DNA from: an uncultured Nitrososphaeraceae archaeon
GTDB lineage: Archaea; Thermoproteota; Nitrososphaeria; Nitrososphaerales; Nitrososphaeraceae
Assembly: GCA_963825865.1 (NCBI GenBank)
Contig: CAWGVG010000027.1
Span: 32,001-96,000 of the forward strand
Direction of reading: 5' to 3'
DNA length: 64,000 bases
The notes beneath the pieces were generated by a model. The model worked only from the letters and a program-made list of their open reading frames with translations, ran no database searches and was not told the DNA's origin. Within the stretch, counting starts at the first letter, position 1, and each line of letters starts with the position of its first letter. Made by a program: the position numbers and the translations under genes. Below are positions 23,843 to 34,329 of the stretch, one piece after another.

Positions 23843-24776
23843 TTTCTTCAAAGTATCTAATTACAGTAATCTCTGAAACCTTAGGTAATAGGATTTCTTT
23901 TCCATATGTCATATCCAGTATCATTGCAGGAAAGTTGGCTCCCGCCAAAGTTGTAAATATTGTCCCTCCCCCAAACCGTGGATTAATTTCTATTAGCTTT
24001 ATTACGCCGTCTGAAGACTCTTTCATTTGAATACAGCAGGGACCTCTAATTCCAACATGTTCTGCAATTTTCATACAATTCATTTCCAAATCTGGATCTC
24101 GTATGATTCTTCCTTTTGTGGAAATACCTGCTTTTGTTTGTATTCTGATTCTAGGTACTGCAATTAATGGTTTTTTGTTCAAATCAGAAAGCACATCTAT
24201 GGTATATTCCTTTCCGGGGAGAAATTCTTGAAAAATCATGTTATCAAACTTTGACACTATGTATTTGAGTTCGGATTCATCTTCAATTTTGATAACGTCA
24301 CGACTTCCCTTTCCAAACTGTGGTTTTGAAATAACTGGGAATGCTTTTATCTTTTCCGGATCTGCCGTTGTAAAGGGAAGTTCAAATTTATTTTTGGAAA
24401 GATTTTGATATGTTAACGTTTTATCGCGACAAATTTCTAATGTACTTCTATCGCTTACAATCGCCTGAGCTCCCATCTCTGCAAGCTTGTCACGGTTTTC
24501 ACTATATGGGTAAATATCAAAACCTGATGTTGGCATTAAAACTTTAACCTTGTGCATCTTTACAATTTCAAAGAGCTTATCAACAAAAGAGTGATGAATA
24601 GCCTCAGGAATCACTTCGCTAGCGTCAGCCATGAAGAAACCTGCAGATAAAGGACTAGAGTCAGTAGCTACAATTTTTCCGTCAAAGTTTGCCATCTTCA
24701 ATGATTTTATAACGTTTATTCCTGCAGGACCAGAAGCGCCAGGAATAAGGACTGTCGATAACATAGCTCTACGCAA
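23763..24776 (-). CDS. ATP-grasp ligase
   Basis: GASGPAG, DKTLT, KPQFGKGSR, QEFLPGKEYTIDV, EINPRFGGG. Confidence 0.9.
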   Translation of the reverse strand: MRRAMLSTVLIPGASGPAGINVIKSLKMANFDGKIVATDSSPLSAGFFMADASEVIPEAIHHSFVDKLFEIVKMHKVKVLMPTSGFDIYPYSENRDKLAEMGAQAIVSDRSTLEICRDKTLTYQNLSKNKFELPFTTADPEKIKAFPVISKPQFGKGSRDVIKIEDESELKYIVSKFDNMIFQEFLPGKEYTIDVLSDLNKKPLIAVPRIRIQTKAGISTKGRIIRDPDLEMNCMKIAEHVGIRGPCCIQMKESSDGVIKLIEINPRFGGGTIFTTLAGANFPAMILDMTYGKEILLPKVSEITVIRYFEEIIIRNEERISSAVAESNVISKTHFLV

Positions 24777-24874
24777 AGGGCATGACCATTTCTTATTAGA
24801 TTAATAATAATATAAACATTCATGAAATATCGAGTGAAATTTTTAATAATAAAAAGTTCTTATTAATATATAAA

Positions 24875-25501
24875 TTGAATATTAAGGAAGATTATCACGT
24901 GCATTGCAATTACAATGATCATTCCGCACATGATCTTACTATCGAGAATGTGTTAATACGCTCCGAAGAAATTGGTTTACAAACTTTGGCTTTTACTGAA
25001 CATGTTAGAAAAACTTCAGATTGGATCCCCGCCTATCTTAGAGAAATAGAATCATATGGGAACAAAAATAATTCTCGTCTGAGAATTATTCCAGGATTTG
25101 AGGCAAAGATCCTAGTAGATGGTTCTATTAATTGTCCTGAACAATATAGTAAAAATTACTTTTTGATAGCAAGTTTTCATAATTTATATGGTTGCAAGCA
25201 AGTTTGGATTAATGCGCTAAAAAAAGCGATCGAAAATCCAGATGTAAATGTGATAGGCCATATAGCACCAGAACCGACATTCACACTTGGGGATAGTGAA
25301 GTTGATGCATTGGCTTCTCTAATTGTAAAAAACAAAAAAATAGTCGAGCTTAATGCAAAGTACTGTAGACCTCCGCCAGAGTGGATACTTATTTTCAAGA
25401 AAAAGGGAGTAAAATTTCATTTGGGTAGTGATGCACACTCCTTGCAGCAAATAGGCCAATTTGAAAAAATTTCAGATCTGATTTCCCTGGCCGATGGTTG
25501 A
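24875..25501 (+). CDS. PHP-domain phosphoesterase
   Basis: DYHVH, FTEH, ASFH, IGH, LGSDAH. Confidence 0.9.
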   Translation: MNIKEDYHVHCNYNDHSAHDLTIENVLIRSEEIGLQTLAFTEHVRKTSDWIPAYLREIESYGNKNNSRLRIIPGFEAKILVDGSINCPEQYSKNYFLIASFHNLYGCKQVWINALKKAIENPDVNVIGHIAPEPTFTLGDSEVDALASLIVKNKKIVELNAKYCRPPPEWILIFKKKGVKFHLGSDAHSLQQIGQFEKISDLISLADG

Positions 25502-25624
25502 GAAGTATATGTAACAAGAACCCCAGACCTTAAAAATTAAAGTATGTCATGCAGCAATTACTTTCAAAAGTCATTCCGGTACCCTATGCTGATATTTTTA
25601 CCAAGAAAGGGCTTGCGATCCCTA

Positions 25625-26596
25625 TTAATCACATTTCTTCTTACCAAATATTGTTCCTGCCTGAATTATAGAATTACTGGGAACTTGTCTTCCTGGCAGA
25701 GTTATTACAGAAGCACCGATTGCGCAATTATTACCAACTACGGCACCAAAGTGATTTGTACCTGTATCAACAAGTCGACCATTTAGCTCATACCTTATGT
25801 TTTGCTGGTTTAACAACACATTTGCAGTTCCCGAATATCCTCCAAACCAGACATGTTGTCCTATTATGCTATCAAGTATTACATTTTGATGCGCCATTTT
25901 ATCACAGCCTGCAAAATATGATCTAGCGATTTCGCAATTAAATCCGATTCTTGTTTTCTCGCCTAGCATGCAATTTCTAATAAGCGAACTCATGCCAATA
26001 AAGCTGCCTTTGCCAATGTATGTAGGTCCTTTTATCTTGCAAAAGTCATCAATTGTAACTCCATCTTCAATTATACATGGTCCTTCAATTATGCTTGATT
26101 TAGCAATTGATGCGTTTGGGGAAATCCTTGTTTCTCTTATATTCTCATAAAGTACTTTTTGGATAATTTTTAAAAAATCCCAGGGATAGACAACAGAATC
26201 TATTAGAAAAGATGCTCTTTCTAACGAATAATGAATAAATGTGTTTAAAGGAACTTCAAACTTACCTTCTTTATTGAGTGTTCTGACTTCATTGCTATTT
26301 ATCAGATAGTCATGAGAAGCAGTCATAGTAGCGGTAGCAATAGCAGCAATTGAGAGCTTGTCTTTATTGCCATTATTGTTATTATTATTAATAGAAGAAG
26401 AACAAGAAGAAGAAGATTGCTCTACATCAATAGAAGGAAAGTTTTCTTCAATTAGTTTAACTGCATCAGGAGATTCGTTTGGTACTATGATCTTGTCAAT
26501 ATCTAGAATTTCCTTTGCTACCCGCACATTTCTGACAATTAGTGGCTGTCCAAATACTTTTAGTGAAGTTGCAGGGCAATCACTACAGTCTGTCAT
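25625..26596 (-). CDS. GlmU-like hexapeptide-repeat (left-handed beta-helix) acyltransferase with degenerate nucleotidyltransferase N-terminus
   Basis: YPWDFL, IIEGPCII, IKGPTYIG, DTGTNHFGAVVGNNCAIG. Confidence 0.8.
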   Translation of the reverse strand: MTDCSDCPATSLKVFGQPLIVRNVRVAKEILDIDKIIVPNESPDAVKLIEENFPSIDVEQSSSSCSSSINNNNNNGNKDKLSIAAIATATMTASHDYLINSNEVRTLNKEGKFEVPLNTFIHYSLERASFLIDSVVYPWDFLKIIQKVLYENIRETRISPNASIAKSSIIEGPCIIEDGVTIDDFCKIKGPTYIGKGSFIGMSSLIRNCMLGEKTRIGFNCEIARSYFAGCDKMAHQNVILDSIIGQHVWFGGYSGTANVLLNQQNIRYELNGRLVDTGTNHFGAVVGNNCAIGASVITLPGRQVPSNSIIQAGTIFGKKKCD

Positions 26597-27451
26597 AAGG
26601 GATTGAAGGTGATGGATTGAGTTACGAAAGACCAGCTCGCATTTTATATGTGTTAACTTAGTTAATCAACATTTAAGTAGATTTAGTAAACGAATATGAT
26701 AATAATTACTTAGTATATGCTGGGTATACTTTATGTAGGAAGTTATGAATGTAACAGGACATAATGCTCATATAATAAAAATATTCCAAGTTTACTTGGT
26801 ATAAATTTTTCTACAGCGTAAAACCATTACTATTTTTGCTAGATATGTTATCTACTGTTTAATAGAAACTGCAATGCTTATTAAAATCAAAGAAAAAACA
26901 TTGGTATCCTTGTAACTTACTTTAAGGATGAAAATTTAGGGAAGGAAAACCAGTCTACAAGTGGATAAAAGGTATCTGTAAGCCGTGGTATATGTTTTAA
27001 ACTTATTCTTAACTGCTATCGCGAACCCAGCGAATAATAAAAAGGTCGAGTAAGTACAACAGTTTTAAAAATGGGATATCCCTTATAAGAATATTCTAAA
27101 GAACATTTATCACAAATCAATGGTATCTTTATTGATTCTTCTGCTGACATTAAGAACACAGAAGATAATAGCAAATTATAATAGGTTACAGATAGTATTA
27201 CTACCATATCTGAGATTGATTAATTCATTTGTGAGCTCATAATTATCCATGATATCAAATACAATTGTTACAAGTTTAAACTATCGTAAATAAACATATG
27301 AGAAATTTCAACATCGGTTTTTGATGCTATATATGAATAGGTTTTTCAGATATTTCTGACAGAATTCATTCAATCGCTTGATATAAAAAATAAGAAATGA
27401 CCTTCTGTAATAATTTTTCAGAATATAAAAAACTAATGAGGAGATAGATGA

Positions 27452-28123
27452 TTGTTAGGATCAATGAAAAATAGCAATAAAACTACGGTTTTAACAATGG
27501 TAGTATCGTTACTAGTCGCTTTTGTGCTAGTAATGAGTGGACCTGAAGGGAGTATGATGATAAACAGCAATTATGTCTATGCCAAATCATCAGGAGGAGG
27601 CGGCGGAGGATCAAGTGGTGGAGGCGGCGGTGGAGGTAGCAGCGGTGGCGGTAGTAGCGGTGGCAGTAAAGGTGGCGGTAGTAGCGGAGATTCAAAAAGT
27701 TCTGGTTCTGATTCTGGCGGTAGCAGTAAAAAAAGCATAGGTAATAATGGCGATGATCTAAACGACGATGACCACGGTCCACCATCAGCACCAGGCAATG
27801 ATTTACCAGGAAACGATAGAACAAAAAATTCAGATCCGATAATCAAGACTCTAGGAAATCCATGTCATCCAGTCAACAGATGCACACCAAAAACAGATCA
27901 TTTCCCCCGTTTCCATGACCATGACCATCATGATCACGGCGATGTAAGAGTAATACAAAAGACCGTAGTAGTTCATGACAGAGATAACAACCAACAAACA
28001 ATACTGTTAAACACCAATACACAAACAGGCACTTGTTTTGTATCTTCACAGGAAGTGGTAAATGTGCCAGACTTAGTTACACAATTGCTAAACCAATGCA
28101 CTTCTGTAACTATAACGCCTTAA
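27452..28123 (+). CDS. secreted Gly/Ser-rich, His-rich protein
   Basis: Signal peptide ending VYA, GGS tract, HDHDHHDH, C-terminal Cys pair. Confidence 0.75.
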   Translation: MLGSMKNSNKTTVLTMVVSLLVAFVLVMSGPEGSMMINSNYVYAKSSGGGGGGSSGGGGGGGSSGGGSSGGSKGGGSSGDSKSSGSDSGGSSKKSIGNNGDDLNDDDHGPPSAPGNDLPGNDRTKNSDPIIKTLGNPCHPVNRCTPKTDHFPRFHDHDHHDHGDVRVIQKTVVVHDRDNNQQTILLNTNTQTGTCFVSSQEVVNVPDLVTQLLNQCTSVTITP

Positions 28124-28556
28124 CTAATCTTTCTTTTTTTTTGCTAGAATAGCATAACATAACGTTCTCTTGTTTGGTAAAGATATCTGCTAATTTGAGA
28201 AAACAAAACAACTTTTATTAACTTCTCTCCTCTCTAACTAAACCAGTAAATAACTATTGGTTTCTTCTTTTTCAGTTAAGCATTACGTTAGGCGAAGTGG
28301 TCGCTGGGAATATATCAGCTACTATGATTCTAATAACAACTTTCGAGGTAATGCGATCTTTCCATCAAGAGAGCAAGCAGAGAAATATCTCGAGTCATAC
28401 TAGGCAAAGATGAATAGCAGATTAAACGTATATGGAAAACAAATAACTGCCTCTTCTCTTGACAAAAAACTTCTCTTGAAAGTGTTTAATGATGATGATG
28501 ATGAAGATAAGAGCACTAGAGTTAATTAACTGGAGAAAAGTAAGTTATCATCATCG

Positions 28557-28790
28557 GTGATTAGTCATTTGGGTTGTAAAGGCATATGTAATAGATATCA
28601 AACAAATAAGCCGTTTCTCTATGGTAGTAGAAGCCGTTATTCTATGGGACAACGTCGCTGCCAAATCTGCCAGATATTCATAAATTATAATGATAGTGTG
28701 TACTGTCCCTGCTGTCACTCCAAGCTCAGGATGCGTCCACGGAACAATGATGATAGGCAGAAGTTATTAATCGGTATCATTAGGTTTTAA
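28557..28790 (+). CDS. small Cys-rich Zn-binding protein
   Basis: CKGIC...CQIC...CPCC. Confidence 0.7.
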   Translation: MISHLGCKGICNRYQTNKPFLYGSRSRYSMGQRRCQICQIFINYNDSVYCPCCHSKLRMRPRNNDDRQKLLIGIIRF

Positions 28791-29388
28791 CAATTAACAT
28801 TAACTAATTAACTAACTAACAAAAGTATAGTTAGTGTTACCAACGCATAGTAACATTATACTTCAGTTCCTGTGCAAAAGATGTTATGAGATATACTATC
28901 CTTTAGATAGATTGAAAACTGAAGAGAGAGATAGATGGGGATTGGGTAGGTAGGTCGAAGGAAGGCTTAACTTGGTAGTAAGTTAATACTGATTTATCAT
29001 ATAGGATTTACCGCTGACTCATATCACATAACTATCGATAATATCAATGGTGTAGGAGTTACCCATTTACCTGTTATTAGTACGATTCAATTATAACTAG
29101 ATTATAGGTAGAAGGGACAATCGTTATTATTATTAATCATCGAAAGTCTTCACAACCTTTCTGCTAATGCAACAGCAGGCAGCAGTTGTAGTAATTGAGA
29201 TGATGCTGTTGATTTGGACAACATGGCCAAATCATGATCTATCAGCAGTTAAGAAACAGCTAAATTTGGAGTCTGTAGCCTCCTCTCTAAATCAGAGTGA
29301 GTAATAAAACTACATCATCGTCGTCGTCTACTAATTTTGCTACAGCTACTACAGCTACCACCGCAACCAACTAACTCATCGCAACTAA

Positions 29389-29967
29389 CTAATAATTGCC
29401 TTCTAGTAGTAGATAATACTCAATTGGGTGAGGCGGTGCAACTATAGCGTTATTATCTTTATAACGTTGCTCAAGTTCTCTATGCTTTTGAATGACTTCT
29501 GAATCCTCTATTCTTCCAGTTTCAGGGTAAAATCTGCATTCTGGTATACAACTCGGGTCAGTAAATTGGTTACAACCTTGTCCATCATATCCTCTATGAG
29601 GAACTCTTACATACCAACTCGTAGGATGTGAATACCAATGTTTTTTTCCATGTTGGTATCTTTCTTCTGGTGATACCTTGAGTTGTTGTCTTAAGGACCA
29701 GTCTAGCTCTTCTTGAGTTATAGTATCGTAAACATCTTCACAAGTTATGCCAACTGCAGGAGCCGTTTTCTTACATCTAGCATGTCTGTAATCAGCAAAT
29801 CTATGAGGTTCACCGTTTCGCTGGGTTTCAATATCGTCTAATTCTTGCTGAGTAGTAGTTGTTTTATTACTAATAATAACGTCCCATTTTGATATAGGAG
29901 AGGACCCATGTATCAGATTATCAACACGCTTTGTTAAAGCTGCTAGAGTTTTATCTAAGTTCTTCAA
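29389..29967 (-). CDS. hypothetical element protein with Cys cluster
   Basis: 192 aa ORF with GCNQFTDPSCIPECRFYP. Confidence 0.65.
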   Translation of the reverse strand: MKNLDKTLAALTKRVDNLIHGSSPISKWDVIISNKTTTTQQELDDIETQRNGEPHRFADYRHARCKKTAPAVGITCEDVYDTITQEELDWSLRQQLKVSPEERYQHGKKHWYSHPTSWYVRVPHRGYDGQGCNQFTDPSCIPECRFYPETGRIEDSEVIQKHRELEQRYKDNNAIVAPPHPIEYYLLLEGNY

Positions 29968-30092
29968 TTTGATGTTATCGAGATATTTGATTTGTTGTAG
30001 TAGTTAATTGCTGATGCTGTTGTTGATTTTTTTGTCTTTGTATCTGGTTTTCAATTTCTGTTAATTTCTCTTCCAAACTTTGCACATACATA

Positions 30093-31138
30093 AGATCTCT
30101 TGCGTAATTAGGAGCTATAGTCTAACACCCTACTTGTTTTAGCCGTCTTCTTAGATTGAAATGCTGTCAGACTGTATAACTCTGAAGTTCAGGAGACCGG
30201 ATATTATATCAGATACGTTATTGTACTTCCTTAATCTGTTTCTAAATTTAGTACCCATTATTCCAAACTTTTTGATTCTACATATGGTATGTTCTACTAT
30301 GATCCTTAGCCTAGAATGATTCTTGTTGTAAGTTCTTTCATCACATGAAAGCAATGTACCCTTTTTCTTTTTGATACGAAGTACAGACTTTACAGTGGGA
30401 AAGTCCTTTTCAATGCCAAGATAACCAAGATCAACTATGTTTTCAACTTGTGATGGAGTTATAGAATGATTGTGTTTGTAAATGTCATAATCATGTTTTC
30501 TTCCACTTCTGTGACCTGTCTTATGCAGTATCAATCCTTCACTGTTTACCATCAATTGTGTCTTGACAGTATGTTTCTTCTTTCTACCTGAATAGTAACT
30601 CTTCCTTCTTCTTTTGTTCTTAGGTCTTGGAATTTCTTGTTCTGTAGAGTCTATGAAAGCCTTGAATCCAGGAAAGTACTCTTCTACTTCATCTATAGTT
30701 CTTAATCTCCTAGTACGTTTGTATATCTTCTTTGGCAATGGAATACACTCCTTGATAAGTGGTTCCATCATTGATATATCTCTACAAACATTGCTTTGAT
30801 CAAGGTCAAACAGAAATCCTGATAATGTATATGTAATGTATAATCTGTAGTATACTAGAAGCATAACGAATCTTTCTTTAACTTTAAGCTTAAATGGTCT
30901 ACCAGCACCTATATCCCGTATTCTCGTCCTTGATAGAAGACGTCTTCTTTCGTGCTCTTCGTAGTTATGTTCAATTTCGTTACAAATGGATTCAAATTCA
31001 GATACAGTTACTCCGGTAAATGACCTGAATATCAAAGGTTTCTTACATAATTTGCTATAGGACATCAAAGAGCTTGTCAGATAGATATCCTATGTGAAGA
31101 GGAATATAGCTCTAAGCTTCTAATTACACAAGAGATCT
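30093..31138 (-). mobile_element. IS5-family (ISL2-like) insertion sequence
   Basis: TIRs AGATCTCTTGCGTAATTAG / CTAATTACACAAGAGATCT; 3-bp TSD ATA (30090-30092, 31139-31141). Confidence 0.92.
30151..31068 (-). CDS. IS5-family DDE transposase
   Basis: FIDSTEQEIPRP, YSGRKKKHTVK, DLGYLG, RIIVEHTICRIK. Confidence 0.93.
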   Translation of the reverse strand: MMSYSKLCKKPLIFRSFTGVTVSEFESICNEIEHNYEEHERRRLLSRTRIRDIGAGRPFKLKVKERFVMLLVYYRLYITYTLSGFLFDLDQSNVCRDISMMEPLIKECIPLPKKIYKRTRRLRTIDEVEEYFPGFKAFIDSTEQEIPRPKNKRRRKSYYSGRKKKHTVKTQLMVNSEGLILHKTGHRSGRKHDYDIYKHNHSITPSQVENIVDLGYLGIEKDFPTVKSVLRIKKKKGTLLSCDERTYNKNHSRLRIIVEHTICRIKKFGIMGTKFRNRLRKYNNVSDIISGLLNFRVIQSDSISI

Positions 31139-31583
31139 ATAATAGATGGACCTTCTGATAATAGACGAAATGTATCTACGTTTGCTTCTTTAATTACCTT
31201 CAAGGCCATGAGTTTATACATATCATTATTACTCGAGTTAAAAATTGACCAGGCTTCTTTGATAACTTCCTGAATACCACCTAGACTTTTCTCATACATA
31301 AAAGGTAACGTCTCTTTTGCTAAATCAGTTAAGAACTTTTGAGACTGTGAAGTTAGATATTGGATATCTCTAGTAACGGTAGAGTGATCTACACCTAATT
31401 CTACAGGCAGCATCATATGACCTCAGACCTTTAACCAAAAGTAACCATAGTTTATGTCTGCGTTCGTTAATGATAGCTTGTGTGTTTTTACCCATAGCGA
31501 TTAAACAACAACCCTCCCTCTATCTATTTCCTCTAATACCTCATATATTTACACATAAACTTAATAATTTATTGCAATGCTTT

Positions 31584-31781
31584 TTAAAGAAAACCGTCAG
31601 TTGATAGAATACGTCGAATTACTTCATTATCCTTCTTTCTGAACCTTCTGATATATTGGCTCTGCTTTCTTATACTACCCCAACGTAGCAACCCACCGCA
31701 ATACCCGCCGAACCACTCTTCTTGTTGTGGTGGTAAAAAACTGTTGGGTTTGATGTTGTTATTATTATTTGTATTTGACAT
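31584..31781 (-). CDS. small hypothetical protein
   Basis: 65 aa ORF in operon-like order. Confidence 0.4.
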   Translation of the reverse strand: MSNTNNNNNIKPNSFLPPQQEEWFGGYCGGLLRWGSIRKQSQYIRRFRKKDNEVIRRILSTDGFL

Positions 31782-31829
31782 TTCGTGTTAATTGATTAAT
31801 TTGTTAATAATTAATTGGTTAGTAATTGG

Positions 31830-32808
31830 TTAAACGCCAGCAACTTTTCGCATAAAGGCCAGACCTCGTATAACATCATTGTTGGTAGAATTAGAAGAAT
31901 AGCCGCTACTACCATTATTTCCTTTACCATTTGTTGGGTCCAGGAAATTAGGCACGTCAAATCTAAATCCAGCGTAAGGATCTTTTTTAGTCGTTACAGA
32001 TGCTCCATGTTGTTTTAAACCACTCTTCTTTAATTTTGTAAGATATATCTCTGCAATTTCTTGATCACTAATGCCACTCCACTTATAGACATGTTCTAAT
32101 TCCTGTTGATAACGATCTTCTCTTACGAATAACTCTCGAGGTATTAACTGGTGCAAGGTAGCCATACGTTCGGCTTTTGTCACTTTCTCTTGATACCGTT
32201 CAACGAACTTATTGTTACGCTCTCGTTCTGCAAGAAGGTCGTCTTTCATAGTTTGTAGTTTGTTTAACATGCTAAGTGCTTCACCTAATGTCTGCGGTGT
32301 TTGCAGATTGTTAATGTCTAATGATTCTGCTGGTTGTTCTTCTACACCCTCTCCCTCTCCTCTTACTAGTCCTGTTCCTCGGCTGCTACAGGTCCTTCTG
32401 TTCCTGTAGGTGTTGTTGAAGAAGATGTTGATGTTGATTCAGATGCTGCGCTATGTGTAAGTGGTCGAAGCATTGCGAGCGGCAGTCGGCCTCAGCGTCT
32501 TTAATACACTTACTAGTTTTATCTTTGCTTGAATCTTGCTGTTCTCTTTGTTGGTCCATTTTGTTAACTAATGATTTATTGTTACTATTGACAAAGCTAT
32601 TATCTTTTCTATCGTCATTACTAGAAGACGACGCTGCTGATGATGATGCTGATGTTGCCGTCCATTGTTTGACTGCTTCATTTAAAACATGCTGTAATTG
32701 CTTGTATGGCCTACTGTTAAAAACATCATATGATGAAGGGTAATTTGGTGGATTATAGGCATCCTCTTCTAATTCAATAATATCCTCTTCTTTTACTGCT
32801 ACAGACAT
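31830..32808 (-). CDS. low-complexity/coiled-coil protein (scaffold-like), frameshift near 32390
   Basis: ORFs 32386-32808 and 31830-32270 appear to join; acidic N-terminus, coiled coil, C-terminal DVIRGLAFMRKVAGV. Confidence 0.55.
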
Positions 32809-32914
32809 AATATTATTATTCGATACTGATTATTTTCAGTATCAGACTTATAGGTTTTCAGCTTAACATTAAGGAAAAACATAAAAGTTAATCCACACCT
32901 AAAAAAACTATATT

Positions 32915-33256
32915 ATGACATTAACTAAAGCAATTCTAACGGTAGCCCCTAGTTTAAGCGTTACAGGTGGGACCCTAGTGACATTAGATGGGTCGACCAG
33001 TACGGCCGCTGACGGCACAACTTTAACAGGTAGAGATGCTCATCTATTTGAACAGATAGCGGGTCCGATTATAGCATTGAGGGCAACTGTGGCTCATGAG
33101 GGTGCTTCTTTGACCGATAGTATGCAATTCAACGCACCAATAAGTCAGCCTAATTCTAAACTTTCCTTTAAATTAACAGTAAAAGATAGTGGTGGGGTAA
33201 ACACTAACCGAAACAGCAGCACTTCGGATATCGTGACTATTTCAGTTACGTCCTAA
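32915..33256 (+). CDS. stand-alone PKD/K319L-type Ig-like domain protein without signal peptide
   Basis: VTLDGSTS...EQIAGP...FNAP...LSFKLTVKD pattern. Confidence 0.7.
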   Translation: MTLTKAILTVAPSLSVTGGTLVTLDGSTSTAADGTTLTGRDAHLFEQIAGPIIALRATVAHEGASLTDSMQFNAPISQPNSKLSFKLTVKDSGGVNTNRNSSTSDIVTISVTS

Positions 33257-33620
33257 CTACCTTACGCATAAATTCTAAGTTACGTATGACTGTAGAAGTA
33301 GAAGATGGGTTAGGTTCTGTGTTTATTGGTTGTTGCTCCTGTTGTTTTCTATACTGCTGCTGATGCCTTAATTGTTTTTGTTTTTGTTCTTGATATTTGT
33401 TATTATTATACTGCTCTATTTTTTGCAACCTCTGTGAACTTTCTTGTTTCATTCTATTCCATTGATTGAATAACTGGTCATATTGATTTTTATCTAGATT
33501 GAATTTCATATTGGCGAGTTTAGCATCTATAATAGCTGGAGCTTCAGCGGCTTTTACGGAATCAGTAAACGTCTTTGGTGCAGTTACTTTCACAAAATTA
33601 CCGTTTCTATAGGTTGGCAT
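33246..33620 (-). CDS. Gln-rich coiled-coil protein
   Basis: 124 aa ORF ending TVIRNLEFMRKVVRT. Confidence 0.65.
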   Translation of the reverse strand: MPTYRNGNFVKVTAPKTFTDSVKAAEAPAIIDAKLANMKFNLDKNQYDQLFNQWNRMKQESSQRLQKIEQYNNNKYQEQKQKQLRHQQQYRKQQEQQPINTEPNPSSTSTVIRNLEFMRKVVRT

Positions 33621-33640
33621 TTCTTCTTATCTTATCTAAT

Positions 33641-34174
33641 CTAATAATACGACTGTCGTCTTGCCATATGCAAATGAACGGCGTGTTTGGTCCGTTCGTC
33701 CTCAGAATATAATACTCGAGAACAGTAGGCACATTTGAATTTCAGCAAATGATTTCGTATTGCCAGTCCGTATTCAAAGAGATTTCCTGTCTTTGAATCT
33801 AAATAGATTTTCTTTTGCTGAATTAAGTCTTTAATTATCATTTTAAGGTCGCGAAATTCGCCTTTAACATAATAACTTGTAAAGAGTTCAGAACGGTGTT
33901 TTATGCCAGACACCATATTAGCAATCATGTCGTACTTTGCATGGTCATCCTTTAACTGTGAAAATTGTATCTCATCTGTCTTGCTAATTACATCGTCCAA
34001 AGTTTTATTCGCAACAGAAGAAATGGACTCTTGTAACTGGCCAGGTGTGCCATTTGCTATTGCCTCTAGATCTGGTCGCATAACCTGTTGACCATCTTCC
34101 CATACTAATTTGACTGGTCCACGATATGTTTTAGGAAATTCTGAGTTAGTTGTATTATTATTATCGCTGCTCAT
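33641..34174 (-). CDS. protein with C-terminal C2H2 zinc finger
   Basis: CAYC...KHAVHLH. Confidence 0.7.
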   Translation of the reverse strand: MSSDNNNTTNSEFPKTYRGPVKLVWEDGQQVMRPDLEAIANGTPGQLQESISSVANKTLDDVISKTDEIQFSQLKDDHAKYDMIANMVSGIKHRSELFTSYYVKGEFRDLKMIIKDLIQQKKIYLDSKTGNLFEYGLAIRNHLLKFKCAYCSRVLYSEDERTKHAVHLHMARRQSYY

Positions 34175-34329
34175 TATTATTATACCATTGATGTAACCCA
34201 GAGAAAGCTATTAGTGTTTGCTACTAGACACACAAAAAAAACACATACACAAATCAGCATCAATCAAGCTCGTTGCTATTCTTTTTCACATTAAAAAGAT
34301 AAGTGGATGGTTGTTTGTTTAACCATTTA

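Larger units (their letters stand above)
29975..31495 (-). pseudogene. HTH/helical protein (terminase-small-subunit-like) interrupted by an IS
   Basis: MGKNTQAIINERRHKLW...ELGVDHSTVTRDIQYL HTH; removing the IS and one ATA restores EGPSI|MYVQSLEEKLTEIENQ. Confidence 0.65.
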
